Made by a program: the position numbers and the translations under genes
Notes under the pieces: model-generated
The model's input: only the letters and a program-made list of their open reading frames with translations
Told to the model about the DNA's origin: nothing
The model's database searches: none
Source: a virus
Strand: one strand, 5' to 3'
DNA length: 64,000 nucleotides
IMG/VR virus record: IMGVR_UViG_3300042469_000981
Shown: positions 9,089-18,457 of the stretch, piece by piece
Layout of the letters: each line of letters opens with the position of its first letter
Position numbering within the stretch: the stretch's first letter is position 1

Positions 9089-12010
9089 TTATTCAGGTAC
9101 TCTAATTATTCCTCTAATACCACCATGATATTTTTCAATATATTTATTTGTTCTTAATGCTTGGTAATTAACTTTACCATTTCCTTCATTTCCATAGTTA
9201 CCATCAATAGATTCAAATCCATTTTTAGAAACAGCGCCTGCTATAGAAATATGACTTTGCTTATAAAAAATCATATCCCCTGGTTTAATTACTGTTCTTC
9301 CTGGGATGTATTCTTCAGCGTATCCTTTTGCTTTCATATTTTGAAAAGTGGTCTCACATGATCCTGCTAATGGCATTCTTCCAGGAGTAAAACTATTAAA
9401 CAAACCTAAATAAAATTCTTTAATTTTAGCATCTTTACTTCCTACTTCTTGATAAGCTTCTTTCCAAACTAAATCAGCAAAGAAGTTACACCAAGCGTTT
9501 CCTCTACTCCAACCAACAGATTTCATTTTATTTTCAAAATCAGTACTTACAAATTTTTCATTAGTACCTATTTCTCTTTGTCCTATATATCCTCTGGCTA
9601 TTCGTACTATAGTATTCCTAATATCAGATAATTTAGGATCATTAGTATAAGGTAAAGGAGATTGATTTGGACTTGACCGTTGAGTTTTAATAGGAGATGT
9701 TTGTTTTCCAGGTTTAGTCCCTACAGGGTCTAAAGGTATAGCAGCTGAGGTTATATTAGTGGTCCAAGCATTATTTTGAATAGTATGTGATATATTCATA
9801 ATAACAAACTCCATGGCTTCAGGATAATTTTTAGGTAAAAATCTAGAATCAATATTAAATTTATTAAATATTTTCATACCAGATAATCCATCCATAGTTA
9901 AAGTTAAATTAAAAGGTAAAAATCCACTGTTTGGTGATGATGAATATGGGTTAGTAGTTTTAACTGCTAGTGTTGATTGTTTTTGATCATACTCTAAAAG
10001 TTGTTTTTGAGTATTTGTAAAGTTAGCAAATGAATCTTCATTCCATTGATGTACAATTAATGATGATATAAATGAATCAAAAATACGAAGTGTTTCTTGA
10101 TAAGTATCATTTGTATCTTTATTATCATTTTCACTTTGTATTTTAGTATTTGATGGACTAAATATTTCTTTTTTAATTCTGTCTTCTGTTCCTTTATTTA
10201 AATTAGATATAGCAATAGCATCTTGTCCAGTCACATAACCCCTTGCTGTAGCACCAATAGTAATCATAGTAGCTAAATCAGGTGTAATTTCTGTTTTAAG
10301 TTGTAAGTCTCTAACAAAACTACCACCTACAATAGACCCAGATTCATTAGTTTCTAATCCATATACATTAAACTGTGTTGTTTTTTTATTTGTTATAATA
10401 GTACTTCTATCAGGCAATGATGTTTTATCTATAAAAATAATAGTGTTAGTATCATAATCTATTTTAGGAGTTATACTATTAAAATTACCTGTTGCCTTAC
10501 AAAACCCAGACATTATACTATTTAATAAAGAAACAAGAGATATATTCCCATCTGTATCTTTTGAATCTTCTAATAGTTTTAAAATAAAAACCATATTAAA
10601 ATAACAAAACATTAGTTTACCATAGGAGTTATTACCTTTACTAATTACAAAATCGTCAATATCAGGATATAAAGTTTGTTCAGGTGTTGTAGAAGTAAAA
10701 CCAGTAGCTCCAGGTATATTATACTCTACTTCAATAGCAGGTAATGTTTTTTTAAAAGCACATATCCTAGGATCTGAAGGGATTTGTTTTGGAGGAGTGT
10801 ATATTAATATTTTATCACTATCAGTATCTCCAACATTTAAAATTTTCTCACTAGTATCATTTATTGTTGGGATGATACTATTTTTTATTAGTTGTAAAAA
10901 AGTACCAAATCGAACAAAGTATTGGGTTTGACCTGTTGTGTATGATTGAGAGAAATAATCAACAGATTTTGATCCATCAAGAGAATAAGTATTAGTCCCT
11001 ATAGTATTTGTTTTTGGAATCAATTTTTGAATTTCAGCAAACACAGCTCCTATAGTACTGCTTTGAGCAAAAGATACTATTGTGTCTTCAGAAGTGTTAG
11101 GTAATCCTGCTGATAGGGCTTCACTTAGATTAAAAGTAGTAGGTCTAGTTGGTCCTTCTGTTTGGAGAAAAGTAGGTTTTCCAGGAAGTAAAAGGTTAGT
11201 TTTAAGTGCTTCTATAACATCACCTGCGCTTCTTAAAATAATAGTTATGTCATAAGAACCATCTCTATTAAATGTCCAACTATAATTTACTACTCTGCCT
11301 ATTAAAGCATCATAGTTACCATCAGTATATTCTCGTTGGATTGCTACAGCTTTAAGTAAGTTATTATAAGTTACAACATCTGTACCTAGTTCATCCTTTA
11401 TATAACCGAAATTATATTTTTTAATTAAAAATGAGTCAGCTAAACTAGTTATATTATCAGAAACATAGTTTCCTATATTATTAAAATAAGATGTATTACC
11501 CCATTCTAATAACATAGTATAACCTACTCTTAAATATAATGTACTAATTATATCAAATTGAGTTTTATTGTTAGCTTTAATTTGAACTGTACCTGTTCTA
11601 AGAGAGCCCATAGTCTCACTTTTTATATTAGCAGATACAATACCGGGCATAGGCTGAATTCCCCATTCTGTTCCTCCTAAACCATATGCTCCCATATTAT
11701 CATAAACTCTACTTGAGTCAATTCCTGCTCTTTGAAAGTTTTCAATACCAGGATTAGTTCTAGGAATTTCATCAGTAACACCATTAAATAAAACATATTT
11801 AATAGCTAACTCATCAGATTTAGCAAATCCACCACCTAACATATTTAAGTCAGTTATGTTAGCTGATGATACTAATTTAACAAAACTAGTTTTACTATTA
11901 GCCCAAAGGATTTGTTCTGTTGTTCTATTAATTGATCCTAAGATTTCTTGTCTTTTATTAACTTGTTCATCAACAAATGATTCAAAACCTTCCCCTATTA
12001 TATTTGACAT
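9089..12010 (-). CDS. Baseplate hub-like protein with C-terminal CHAP-type peptidoglycan hydrolase
   Basis: The N-terminal PMPGIVS...LYLRVGYTMLLEWG segment resembles a hub. The C-terminus has AWCNFF...KPGDMIF...HISI...ESIDGN, the CHAP Cys/His pattern. Confidence 0.7.
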   Translation of the reverse strand: MSNIIGEGFESFVDEQVNKRQEILGSINRTTEQILWANSKTSFVKLVSSANITDLNMLGGGFAKSDELAIKYVLFNGVTDEIPRTNPGIENFQRAGIDSSRVYDNMGAYGLGGTEWGIQPMPGIVSANIKSETMGSLRTGTVQIKANNKTQFDIISTLYLRVGYTMLLEWGNTSYFNNIGNYVSDNITSLADSFLIKKYNFGYIKDELGTDVVTYNNLLKAVAIQREYTDGNYDALIGRVVNYSWTFNRDGSYDITIILRSAGDVIEALKTNLLLPGKPTFLQTEGPTRPTTFNLSEALSAGLPNTSEDTIVSFAQSSTIGAVFAEIQKLIPKTNTIGTNTYSLDGSKSVDYFSQSYTTGQTQYFVRFGTFLQLIKNSIIPTINDTSEKILNVGDTDSDKILIYTPPKQIPSDPRICAFKKTLPAIEVEYNIPGATGFTSTTPEQTLYPDIDDFVISKGNNSYGKLMFCYFNMVFILKLLEDSKDTDGNISLVSLLNSIMSGFCKATGNFNSITPKIDYDTNTIIFIDKTSLPDRSTIITNKKTTQFNVYGLETNESGSIVGGSFVRDLQLKTEITPDLATMITIGATARGYVTGQDAIAISNLNKGTEDRIKKEIFSPSNTKIQSENDNKDTNDTYQETLRIFDSFISSLIVHQWNEDSFANFTNTQKQLLEYDQKQSTLAVKTTNPYSSSPNSGFLPFNLTLTMDGLSGMKIFNKFNIDSRFLPKNYPEAMEFVIMNISHTIQNNAWTTNITSAAIPLDPVGTKPGKQTSPIKTQRSSPNQSPLPYTNDPKLSDIRNTIVRIARGYIGQREIGTNEKFVSTDFENKMKSVGWSRGNAWCNFFADLVWKEAYQEVGSKDAKIKEFYLGLFNSFTPGRMPLAGSCETTFQNMKAKGYAEEYIPGRTVIKPGDMIFYKQSHISIAGAVSKNGFESIDGNYGNEGNGKVNYQALRTNKYIEKYHGGIRGIIRVPE

Positions 12011-12012
12011 AA

Positions 12013-12312
12013 TTAAGAATTTATTGTATTAAAAGCACTTACTACTCCAGCATAAAAAGCAGGTATTCTAATTTGCAATCCTTCAGGAATAACTAATGAA
12101 TTTTGAGGTAATTTATCTGTATTAGCTATGGATATAACCCACCATAAAGAACTATTTTTATAATATTGTAATGCTAAAACATCAAACCTGTCACCTTGAA
12201 CAGTATAAACATAGATATCATCAGAAGTAACTGGTACTTCTGGATAGCGAGAAGTGACATATACTAATTTTTTATCTATTTTAGTTTTTGGTATGTTTTG
12301 ATATCTATTCAT
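12013..12312 (-). CDS. LysM/TailX-like baseplate wedge protein
   Basis: YTVQGDRFDVLALQYYKNSSLWWVISIAN...GLQIRIP pattern. Confidence 0.8.
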   Translation of the reverse strand: MNRYQNIPKTKIDKKLVYVTSRYPEVPVTSDDIYVYTVQGDRFDVLALQYYKNSSLWWVISIANTDKLPQNSLVIPEGLQIRIPAFYAGVVSAFNTINS

Positions 12313-12316
12313 ATTA

Positions 12317-14176
12317 TTAGAATACTAATTCAGGATTGTCACTAATAGGAGCATTTCCTGTAAAGTTAGTTGGACCGCCAGTAGGCTCAGGTGTTTTAAT
12401 TGTTTTTATAGGATAATCATTACCACTACTATTAGCTAAAGATATAAATTGTTGGTCACCATAAGCATTAGCAAATCCTACAGAATTATCAGTGCTGAAA
12501 TCTTCAGTTGCTCTATTTGAAAAAGTTAATGATTGTTTAGATGGAATAAAGTTTTGAATAGGTATAAAGTTAAAAGATGAAACTCGTATAATATGAGGCA
12601 TTTGTTTAACACTATCATCTACACCTCCATTTGTATCAATTCCTATTTCCCATGGTGAATCATCCTGAATATCATAAGTTAAACTAGTTATAATGCCGGG
12701 TTGTTCATAAACATATCCTCCAACAGTTAATTGGACTATATTTCCTCTCATATACCCCTGAGGACTATAATCAGGAGCAGTTGTTGAAGCTAAATAGTTT
12801 AATTTTTTATACATGGGTATAAGCTCTTGTTTTGATTGAGCTGCTACTGTCCAAGATAATGTAATAGTTCTAGTAAACCCATTGTAGGTGTAAAAATTTT
12901 CTCCTCTTCCTAAATATCTAAACGGTGACCATTCTGCTTGGTATGAATCAGACATCCCACCTAAAAATGCTCTAAAGTGTAAAAAAGTTTTAAACGTTGG
13001 TTCATTATTATCAATAACCGCTATTCTAAAATTAACTAAATCATCTAAATTAGAATCTGTACTTGCTTCTTGACTTCGATAAATAGGAACAGAATTAATT
13101 TTATCTAATCCAGGTTGAAAAGATCCAAGATTGGTTGCTCCGGGTGATGTAATACTTACTCCAGTGTATGATAAACCATCAGTATAATTAGCATAGCTTT
13201 TACCGGATCGTCGACCTGGTTGGCCTAAGTTAGTTCTTAGGTCATAATTTTGGGTTTGATAATCAGGAGCTAAAGGAGTGGCTCCACTTTCTGTAGATGT
13301 TCTACCATTTTGTTTTAAATCTCCTATTTGATTTCTTAAAATTTTTCTAAAATCTTGAATTTCTGGAGATGATTTGCTGCCGTTAGGTGTACTTAAAGAA
13401 TTAGGTTGGGGTCCAGTTTGTAAAAGAGGAAAAGGAACAGTTGAAGGAGCAAAAGGTTTACTAATTAATGTAGAATTATAAACCCAAGTATCATTATTAA
13501 AATAGGAATTTTTACTAGGTTGAGATAAAAAGGTTTTAGATGTTTTAGAATATCTTATGTTTGTATTTCCTATTCCTAAATTTGAACCTGGTCCTCCAGT
13601 GTAAGTCATTACATCTGGTCCATTATTAAGGATTATATTATTATTGGTTTTTGATGATTGTAAGATATTAGCATCTAATAAATTAATTAATCTATTAGTA
13701 TTTGTTTTTGGATTTGCTACTGTTGGAGTTACTCTAACATCATATAAATTTTCATTGTTAGCAAAAGCACCAGTTCCAGCAGACGGATTTCTACCTTGTT
13801 TATTTAAATGTCCACCAAAAGCAACAACACCTGTTTGTGCTAATGTATTTAGCGGTGAATAAGCACCTTCATTTAATATACTGCTTGTTTGTGTACGAAC
13901 AGCAGTACGAGATAATAATTGTTGTTTAGCTGTAAATAAGATACCGTTTGGTGATTTGGTATCTCTAAACATTTTAGTTAAACGTTCAACATCCGCGGCT
14001 GTATCTCTAACAGCATTAATACCACCTCTTAATAAGAAATCAGTTGTACCTATATAAGGACCAATCCTATCAGGAATGGGAGTGGTAATATATGGTTGCC
14101 CACTATTACCTCCATTGACCCTGTCATTCCCATACCGTAGGGACTTAAGATCCGTTTTTAGGTTTATTAATCCCAT
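12317..14176 (-). CDS. Baseplate / tail-tube initiator-like protein
   Basis: C-terminal tube-like fold signature FRAFL...SDSYQAEW...GRGENFYTY...R.ITLSW...PGIITSL; located between tape measure and LysM wedge. Confidence 0.65.
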   Translation of the reverse strand: MGLINLKTDLKSLRYGNDRVNGGNSGQPYITTPIPDRIGPYIGTTDFLLRGGINAVRDTAADVERLTKMFRDTKSPNGILFTAKQQLLSRTAVRTQTSSILNEGAYSPLNTLAQTGVVAFGGHLNKQGRNPSAGTGAFANNENLYDVRVTPTVANPKTNTNRLINLLDANILQSSKTNNNIILNNGPDVMTYTGGPGSNLGIGNTNIRYSKTSKTFLSQPSKNSYFNNDTWVYNSTLISKPFAPSTVPFPLLQTGPQPNSLSTPNGSKSSPEIQDFRKILRNQIGDLKQNGRTSTESGATPLAPDYQTQNYDLRTNLGQPGRRSGKSYANYTDGLSYTGVSITSPGATNLGSFQPGLDKINSVPIYRSQEASTDSNLDDLVNFRIAVIDNNEPTFKTFLHFRAFLGGMSDSYQAEWSPFRYLGRGENFYTYNGFTRTITLSWTVAAQSKQELIPMYKKLNYLASTTAPDYSPQGYMRGNIVQLTVGGYVYEQPGIITSLTYDIQDDSPWEIGIDTNGGVDDSVKQMPHIIRVSSFNFIPIQNFIPSKQSLTFSNRATEDFSTDNSVGFANAYGDQQFISLANSSGNDYPIKTIKTPEPTGGPTNFTGNAPISDNPELVF

Positions 14177-14421
14177 TAACGAGGAGGATTATCTAAATAT
14201 TTGTTAGGGGTTCTACCGTCTAAATCTAATTGAGATTTAGCTAAACTTTCTTGATATTTAGAGGATCTATCATAAGCTAAAGGTTTTTTACCATCTAAAT
14301 CTAATTGAGATGCAGCTAAACCTTTTGGGTAATTAGAAGCCCCACTAAATTTTTCAGGAGTACCTCCGTCTAAATTTGTTAGGTTTGATCCTTGAGTTTG
14401 TAGTTTGTTTAAGAGATCCAT
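14176..14421 (-). CDS. Small tail-region protein with three S-x-L-x-x-LDG-x-x-P repeats
   Basis: SNLTNLDGGTP, SQLDLDGKKP, SQLDLDGRTP; its stop overlaps the next start. Confidence 0.65.
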   Translation of the reverse strand: MDLLNKLQTQGSNLTNLDGGTPEKFSGASNYPKGLAASQLDLDGKKPLAYDRSSKYQESLAKSQLDLDGRTPNKYLDNPPR

Positions 14422-14442
14422 AGTTTTATTTTATTATACATA

Positions 14443-16812
14443 TTAACTTGTAACACCTTCATTTAAAGCATAAGTACCCATAGATGTTGCTGTGTTTAAT
14501 TCTGTTGTTCCTAAGTATATTTTAGGCATTGATTGTTTTGAAGATATAGCTATAAGCTCTTTAAGTAGGGTAACCATTTCATCTGTTCTGCCTAATTTAG
14601 TACCACCAGCTCCTACTACTGTGTCTTCAGGAAGAGATTTAATAACATAATCTTTAACAGGAATAACACCTTCCTTAATAGCTTGTTTATCAATAATATC
14701 TCCCAGAAAACCACTCATTGCAAAATTACCACCTGAAAGAGCAGTGTTTATAGCTGTTCTTTTTTCGGTTGGTTTATAATTTTTATTATAATTTTCATCA
14801 GCTGCTTTTTTTCTTTTAAAATAATTTTCTGCTTCTTCTAATTTAGTTAATTCTTGAGGAGATAAATCCGCTTTTTTAACACCTTCTGTTTTTACTCTTT
14901 CATTGAACATTGCTATAGTTTGTTTAGCTTCTTGTTCTTTTCTTTTTTCTAGAGCTTTTGAAAATCGTTCAGGTAGTGAAAAAATAGACCCACCTTCAGA
15001 TAAAGCATCTGCTAAAGCTTTTAAAGCAGTTATTAATTTATCTAAAGTACCACCAGTGACTAAATCAGTAAATACTTCTTTAGCTTGATCTAAAGCTAAA
15101 TTAAATTTTTCTTGAGCATCTAATCGTGTATTAGCAGCTTTAATATCATCTTGCGTTAGTTTACCTTCAGCTAATTTTTGGGCTAGTCTTTCTTGTCCTG
15201 CTTCTATAAACCTATCATATTGTTCTTTTTGATTTTGTTCTATTAATTTTTCTTGTATAAGAACATCAGCTAATTCATCACCAGTCATACCAACAGCTTT
15301 AGCTAAAGCTCTTTGTTGTATAGGTAATAACTTTTGAAATTCAGCTAATCCACCTACATTTTCAAGAGCGGCTTTAGTAGCACCTACATAATCTCCTTGT
15401 AAAGCTAAAGCTCTAGCTCTATCTAAATTTAAATCCTTGCCAGTTAATAATTCTGCTTCTAATTCAGCTGAAATTGATTCTTCAAAATTAAGTAATGAAT
15501 CTGTTACTCCTTTAGTTTTTTCTAAAGAAGTGCCTAATTTATTAGCTTCTAATGTTGCTTGAAATAATGCTTTAGAACTTCCTTTAAAAGATACTAATAA
15601 TTGACCACTAACTTTTGAAGCTTGACTTAATATTTTTTGAGCACTAAATAAATATTTATTTTGATTAGCATATTGAGCTACTGTGTTATAAGCAGTATCT
15701 AAAGCATCTGTGTTTTTCTCATTATTTACTTCAAAAATTTTATTTAAACTAGTAGCTTCATCAACTGATAATTTTAGTTCTTTGGTTAAAATAATTTGAG
15801 CATCTATTGCTTCTTTAGAATAAAAACTAGATAAAGCAGATAATTCTGAAAGTTCAGCTTGGGCTTGGTATATTTCTTTAGTAAGTTTAAATTGGGTTTC
15901 AAGGCTACTTTTTATAGACTTAAAATAAGTATCAACACCTTGAGCTTCTTCTTTAGTTATTTGAAGATTTCTTGATAAAGAAGTAATTCGTTTATCAGCA
16001 TCAAACATAACCCCAACAAGCATTTGAATTGCTTTAGCTATTCCTGCTATAATTGCTAATGGACCTAATCCACTAAAAGCAGACGATAATCCTTTCCCTA
16101 ATATTTCAAAACTACCTTTACCTTGTTTAGCAAGGTCTCTCATATCTTCTTTAGCATCATCAATGTTTAATATATCTCCTAAAATAGGAATTTTCTTTAA
16201 ACCATCTAATGCTTTACCAGCTAAACCAATTTGTTTTTCAATCTTTTTTTCTTCAATTAATCTTTCTTTAGTTTTATTATTTATCCTATCAATAATTCCA
16301 AATTGATCTAAATAACCTCTTAAAATAGCTGCTTCTTCTTCAGATAAATCTTGAGTATTTTTTATTGCTTCTTCTGTTAAATCAGTAATTTTATATTTTA
16401 TTTGGATTGATTTAGCAGCATCTACTAATTCTTCTTTATTGATTTTAAGTTTTTTCTGAAGTCTTTCAAGATCTTTTTTAGATAATTCACTTAATCCTTT
16501 TTCATCATACTTTAATCTGTTTGTAATATCAGCTATATTTTTAAAGGCTTTATTTGCTTTACTAGTAGTTGAACCCCAGTTACCCATTTCTTTTACAATA
16601 CCTTCAAGTTCACCCTGTAAGTTTCCAAAAGTATTATCTAATTTAGCTGCTTCATCTTTAAGATCTTTTACAGCTCTACCTATTACTCTAATTTGTGACT
16701 CAACTTGTTTTAAATTAGATGTATCAATATTAAATTCATACTTAGTTTTACTAAGTTTTTCATACTCAGCTATTAACTTTTCTAATTGTTTTATCTTTTT
16801 GTCGTCAGTCAT
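14443..16812 (-). CDS. Tape measure protein
   Basis: Helical, Ala/Leu/Lys/Glu-rich sequence; SAELEAELLTGKDLNLDRARALAL motif; follows tube and chaperone genes. Confidence 0.75.
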   Translation of the reverse strand: MTDDKKIKQLEKLIAEYEKLSKTKYEFNIDTSNLKQVESQIRVIGRAVKDLKDEAAKLDNTFGNLQGELEGIVKEMGNWGSTTSKANKAFKNIADITNRLKYDEKGLSELSKKDLERLQKKLKINKEELVDAAKSIQIKYKITDLTEEAIKNTQDLSEEEAAILRGYLDQFGIIDRINNKTKERLIEEKKIEKQIGLAGKALDGLKKIPILGDILNIDDAKEDMRDLAKQGKGSFEILGKGLSSAFSGLGPLAIIAGIAKAIQMLVGVMFDADKRITSLSRNLQITKEEAQGVDTYFKSIKSSLETQFKLTKEIYQAQAELSELSALSSFYSKEAIDAQIILTKELKLSVDEATSLNKIFEVNNEKNTDALDTAYNTVAQYANQNKYLFSAQKILSQASKVSGQLLVSFKGSSKALFQATLEANKLGTSLEKTKGVTDSLLNFEESISAELEAELLTGKDLNLDRARALALQGDYVGATKAALENVGGLAEFQKLLPIQQRALAKAVGMTGDELADVLIQEKLIEQNQKEQYDRFIEAGQERLAQKLAEGKLTQDDIKAANTRLDAQEKFNLALDQAKEVFTDLVTGGTLDKLITALKALADALSEGGSIFSLPERFSKALEKRKEQEAKQTIAMFNERVKTEGVKKADLSPQELTKLEEAENYFKRKKAADENYNKNYKPTEKRTAINTALSGGNFAMSGFLGDIIDKQAIKEGVIPVKDYVIKSLPEDTVVGAGGTKLGRTDEMVTLLKELIAISSKQSMPKIYLGTTELNTATSMGTYALNEGVTS

Positions 16813-16836
16813 TTAAAATAGTTTATTATAAATATG

Positions 16837-16863
16837 AAAAGGCATCATTTTTTAGATGCCTTT
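16837..16863 (-). terminator. Intrinsic terminator overlapping the stop of the chaperone segment
   Basis: Minus strand AAAGGCATC-taaaaaat-GATGCCTTTT. Confidence 0.55.
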
Positions 16864-17123
16864 GTTACATATGTAGGTACTTGTACTTGTTTATTTTTAG
16901 ATGCTTCTTCTTTTACACTACCTTGAGTCCAACTATCTTCATTTTTAGTATTAGTTGATTGGTGATAATATTCTTTTAATCTATTAAATGTATAATTACG
17001 TAACCAAATGGGCATGTTATAAATAACATCATAACTATAGCCACCTTGACCATGGAATACTATTTCATGAATTTGATTAAAAATAGTTAATCTAAATTCA
17101 GCAGTATTGTTAAATGTCAGGCC
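16845..17123 (-). CDS. gp51/gpT-like second tail-assembly chaperone segment, probably expressed by frameshift from the upstream gene
   Basis: The segment GLTFNNTAEFRLTIFNQIHEIVFHGQGGYSYDVIYNMPIWLRNY follows a T7 run. No in-frame ATG lies between the overlap and MPIWLR. Confidence 0.6.
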   Translation of the reverse strand, partial: GLTFNNTAEFRLTIFNQIHEIVFHGQGGYSYDVIYNMPIWLRNYTFNRLKEYYHQSTNTKNEDSWTQGSVKEEASKNKQVQVPTYVTKASKK

Positions 17124-17841
17124 AAAAAAAGTTAAGATTAATAGGAATGTCGATGTCCTCCTCAACACCATCAATCATTACTTTAGCTATTAAATCAACA
17201 TCAGGAGATATCATTTTTATATATGCTCTTAAGGCACGTGAGTCTGAGGCTAGTAAATAATTATCAACAAAATCTTTAATAGCTGTTTTATCCTCACTAC
17301 CATCAACAGAAATAATTTGGTATTTTAATCTTGTTGTAACATCTGTTGAAGATTCTCTATTAATCTTTTTTAAACCTTCAATTTCTTGTTTAATTTTTTC
17401 CTCGTCTTTTTCATTTAAAAGTTTAAACTCTAACTTAGTTCCTGATGTAGGGAGAGTAAATGTAAAAGTGCCTTTACTAGATACTAAGGAATCATTAAAT
17501 AATTTATTTTCTAAAGTAGATAAATCAACAGTATGTTCTTTTCCACCATAAGTAAATGAATATTCTTTACCATAACCTAAAACACGAGAAGCTACTAAGA
17601 TAGCATTTTTATCACCAGTGATTAGGTCTTTAATATCAAATTTACCTAGTGTTAGTGATTCTAATAATTTATCTAACACAATACCTTTTGAAATAAAGTT
17701 TTGGTTTGATAAAATATCTTCTTCTTTTGCGGTCATGTACTTCATTTCTACTTTACCGCTTCTTAAAATGTGGCCTTCCGGGTAAACTAATCCTTTGGAG
17801 GGCAATTCTACAACTTCTGTTGGAAACTTAAATTCGCTCAT
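17110..17841 (-). CDS. gp26-like tail/baseplate assembly chaperone
   Basis: PTEVVELPSKGLVYP...MKYMTAKEEDIL...ends FFWPDI; directly after the tube gene. Confidence 0.72.
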   Translation of the reverse strand: MSEFKFPTEVVELPSKGLVYPEGHILRSGKVEMKYMTAKEEDILSNQNFISKGIVLDKLLESLTLGKFDIKDLITGDKNAILVASRVLGYGKEYSFTYGGKEHTVDLSTLENKLFNDSLVSSKGTFTFTLPTSGTKLEFKLLNEKDEEKIKQEIEGLKKINRESSTDVTTRLKYQIISVDGSEDKTAIKDFVDNYLLASDSRALRAYIKMISPDVDLIAKVMIDGVEEDIDIPINLNFFWPDI

Positions 17842-17867
17842 AAACTTATTTTGTTATAAATATTAAT

Positions 17868-17898
17868 AAAAAAAAGAAGCTCGCAAAAAATGCGAGCT
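17868..17898 (-). terminator. Intrinsic terminator after the tail tube gene
   Basis: Minus strand AGCTCGCA-ttttt-TGCGAGCT followed by TCTTTTTTTT. Confidence 0.8.
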
Positions 17899-17922
17899 CT
17901 TTTAATCTTATTTTTACTATTA

Positions 17923-18411
17923 TTAGAAATTTAACACACAGTAATCAGGTTGAACAGTCATTGTAATGTTAACAGCAGTATCAACAGTATCCCAACTGTA
18001 ATCACCGAAGTTAGCATCTGTGATTAAAGCACCTTTAATAATCCATTCTGATACGATATCGCCTACAGGTCCTAATACATCGAAAGTTAAGTCTTTCTTG
18101 TAGAAATCACTATAACCATCACGACCAGTTACTGATTCGTGGTGTAAACGTACCCATTCCATTACAGCCTGAGCTCCTGAAGGAGTAATAGGATCGAATA
18201 ATGTAAATTGGATAGTACCCCAAGTGGTTTTACCTTTTACAAAGCGTTGAACGTTTATATGGTTTAAAGGAACAGTACCTTGAGTTAATGTGACTGCACC
18301 AACACCTTTAATCTCATACGCTGGTATACCGTCAATATACATAATGAATCGGTTTGCCTGTTTGGGTTCAAAGGCTGTGAAAAATATTTCGTTTGGATCT
18401 AATACTGCCAT
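17923..18411 (-). CDS. Tail tube protein (gp19-like)
   Basis: FEPKQANRF...KGKTTW..I..TLFDPI...EW.R...ESVTGRDGY..FYKKD; follows the sheath gene. Confidence 0.88.
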   Translation of the reverse strand: MAVLDPNEIFFTAFEPKQANRFIMYIDGIPAYEIKGVGAVTLTQGTVPLNHINVQRFVKGKTTWGTIQFTLFDPITPSGAQAVMEWVRLHHESVTGRDGYSDFYKKDLTFDVLGPVGDIVSEWIIKGALITDANFGDYSWDTVDTAVNITMTVQPDYCVLNF

Positions 18412-18457
18412 TTTATTTATTTATTTGTTTTGTTATAAATATTCTGTTTTTAAAAAA

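Noticed and set aside
17124-17174. Independent start at ATG 17174 for the 109-aa ORF
   Set aside because: The first 17 or so codons overlap the conserved C-terminus of the upstream chaperone and lack the A-rich leader seen at other starts. A frameshift explains the layout better, although an independent start is not excluded.
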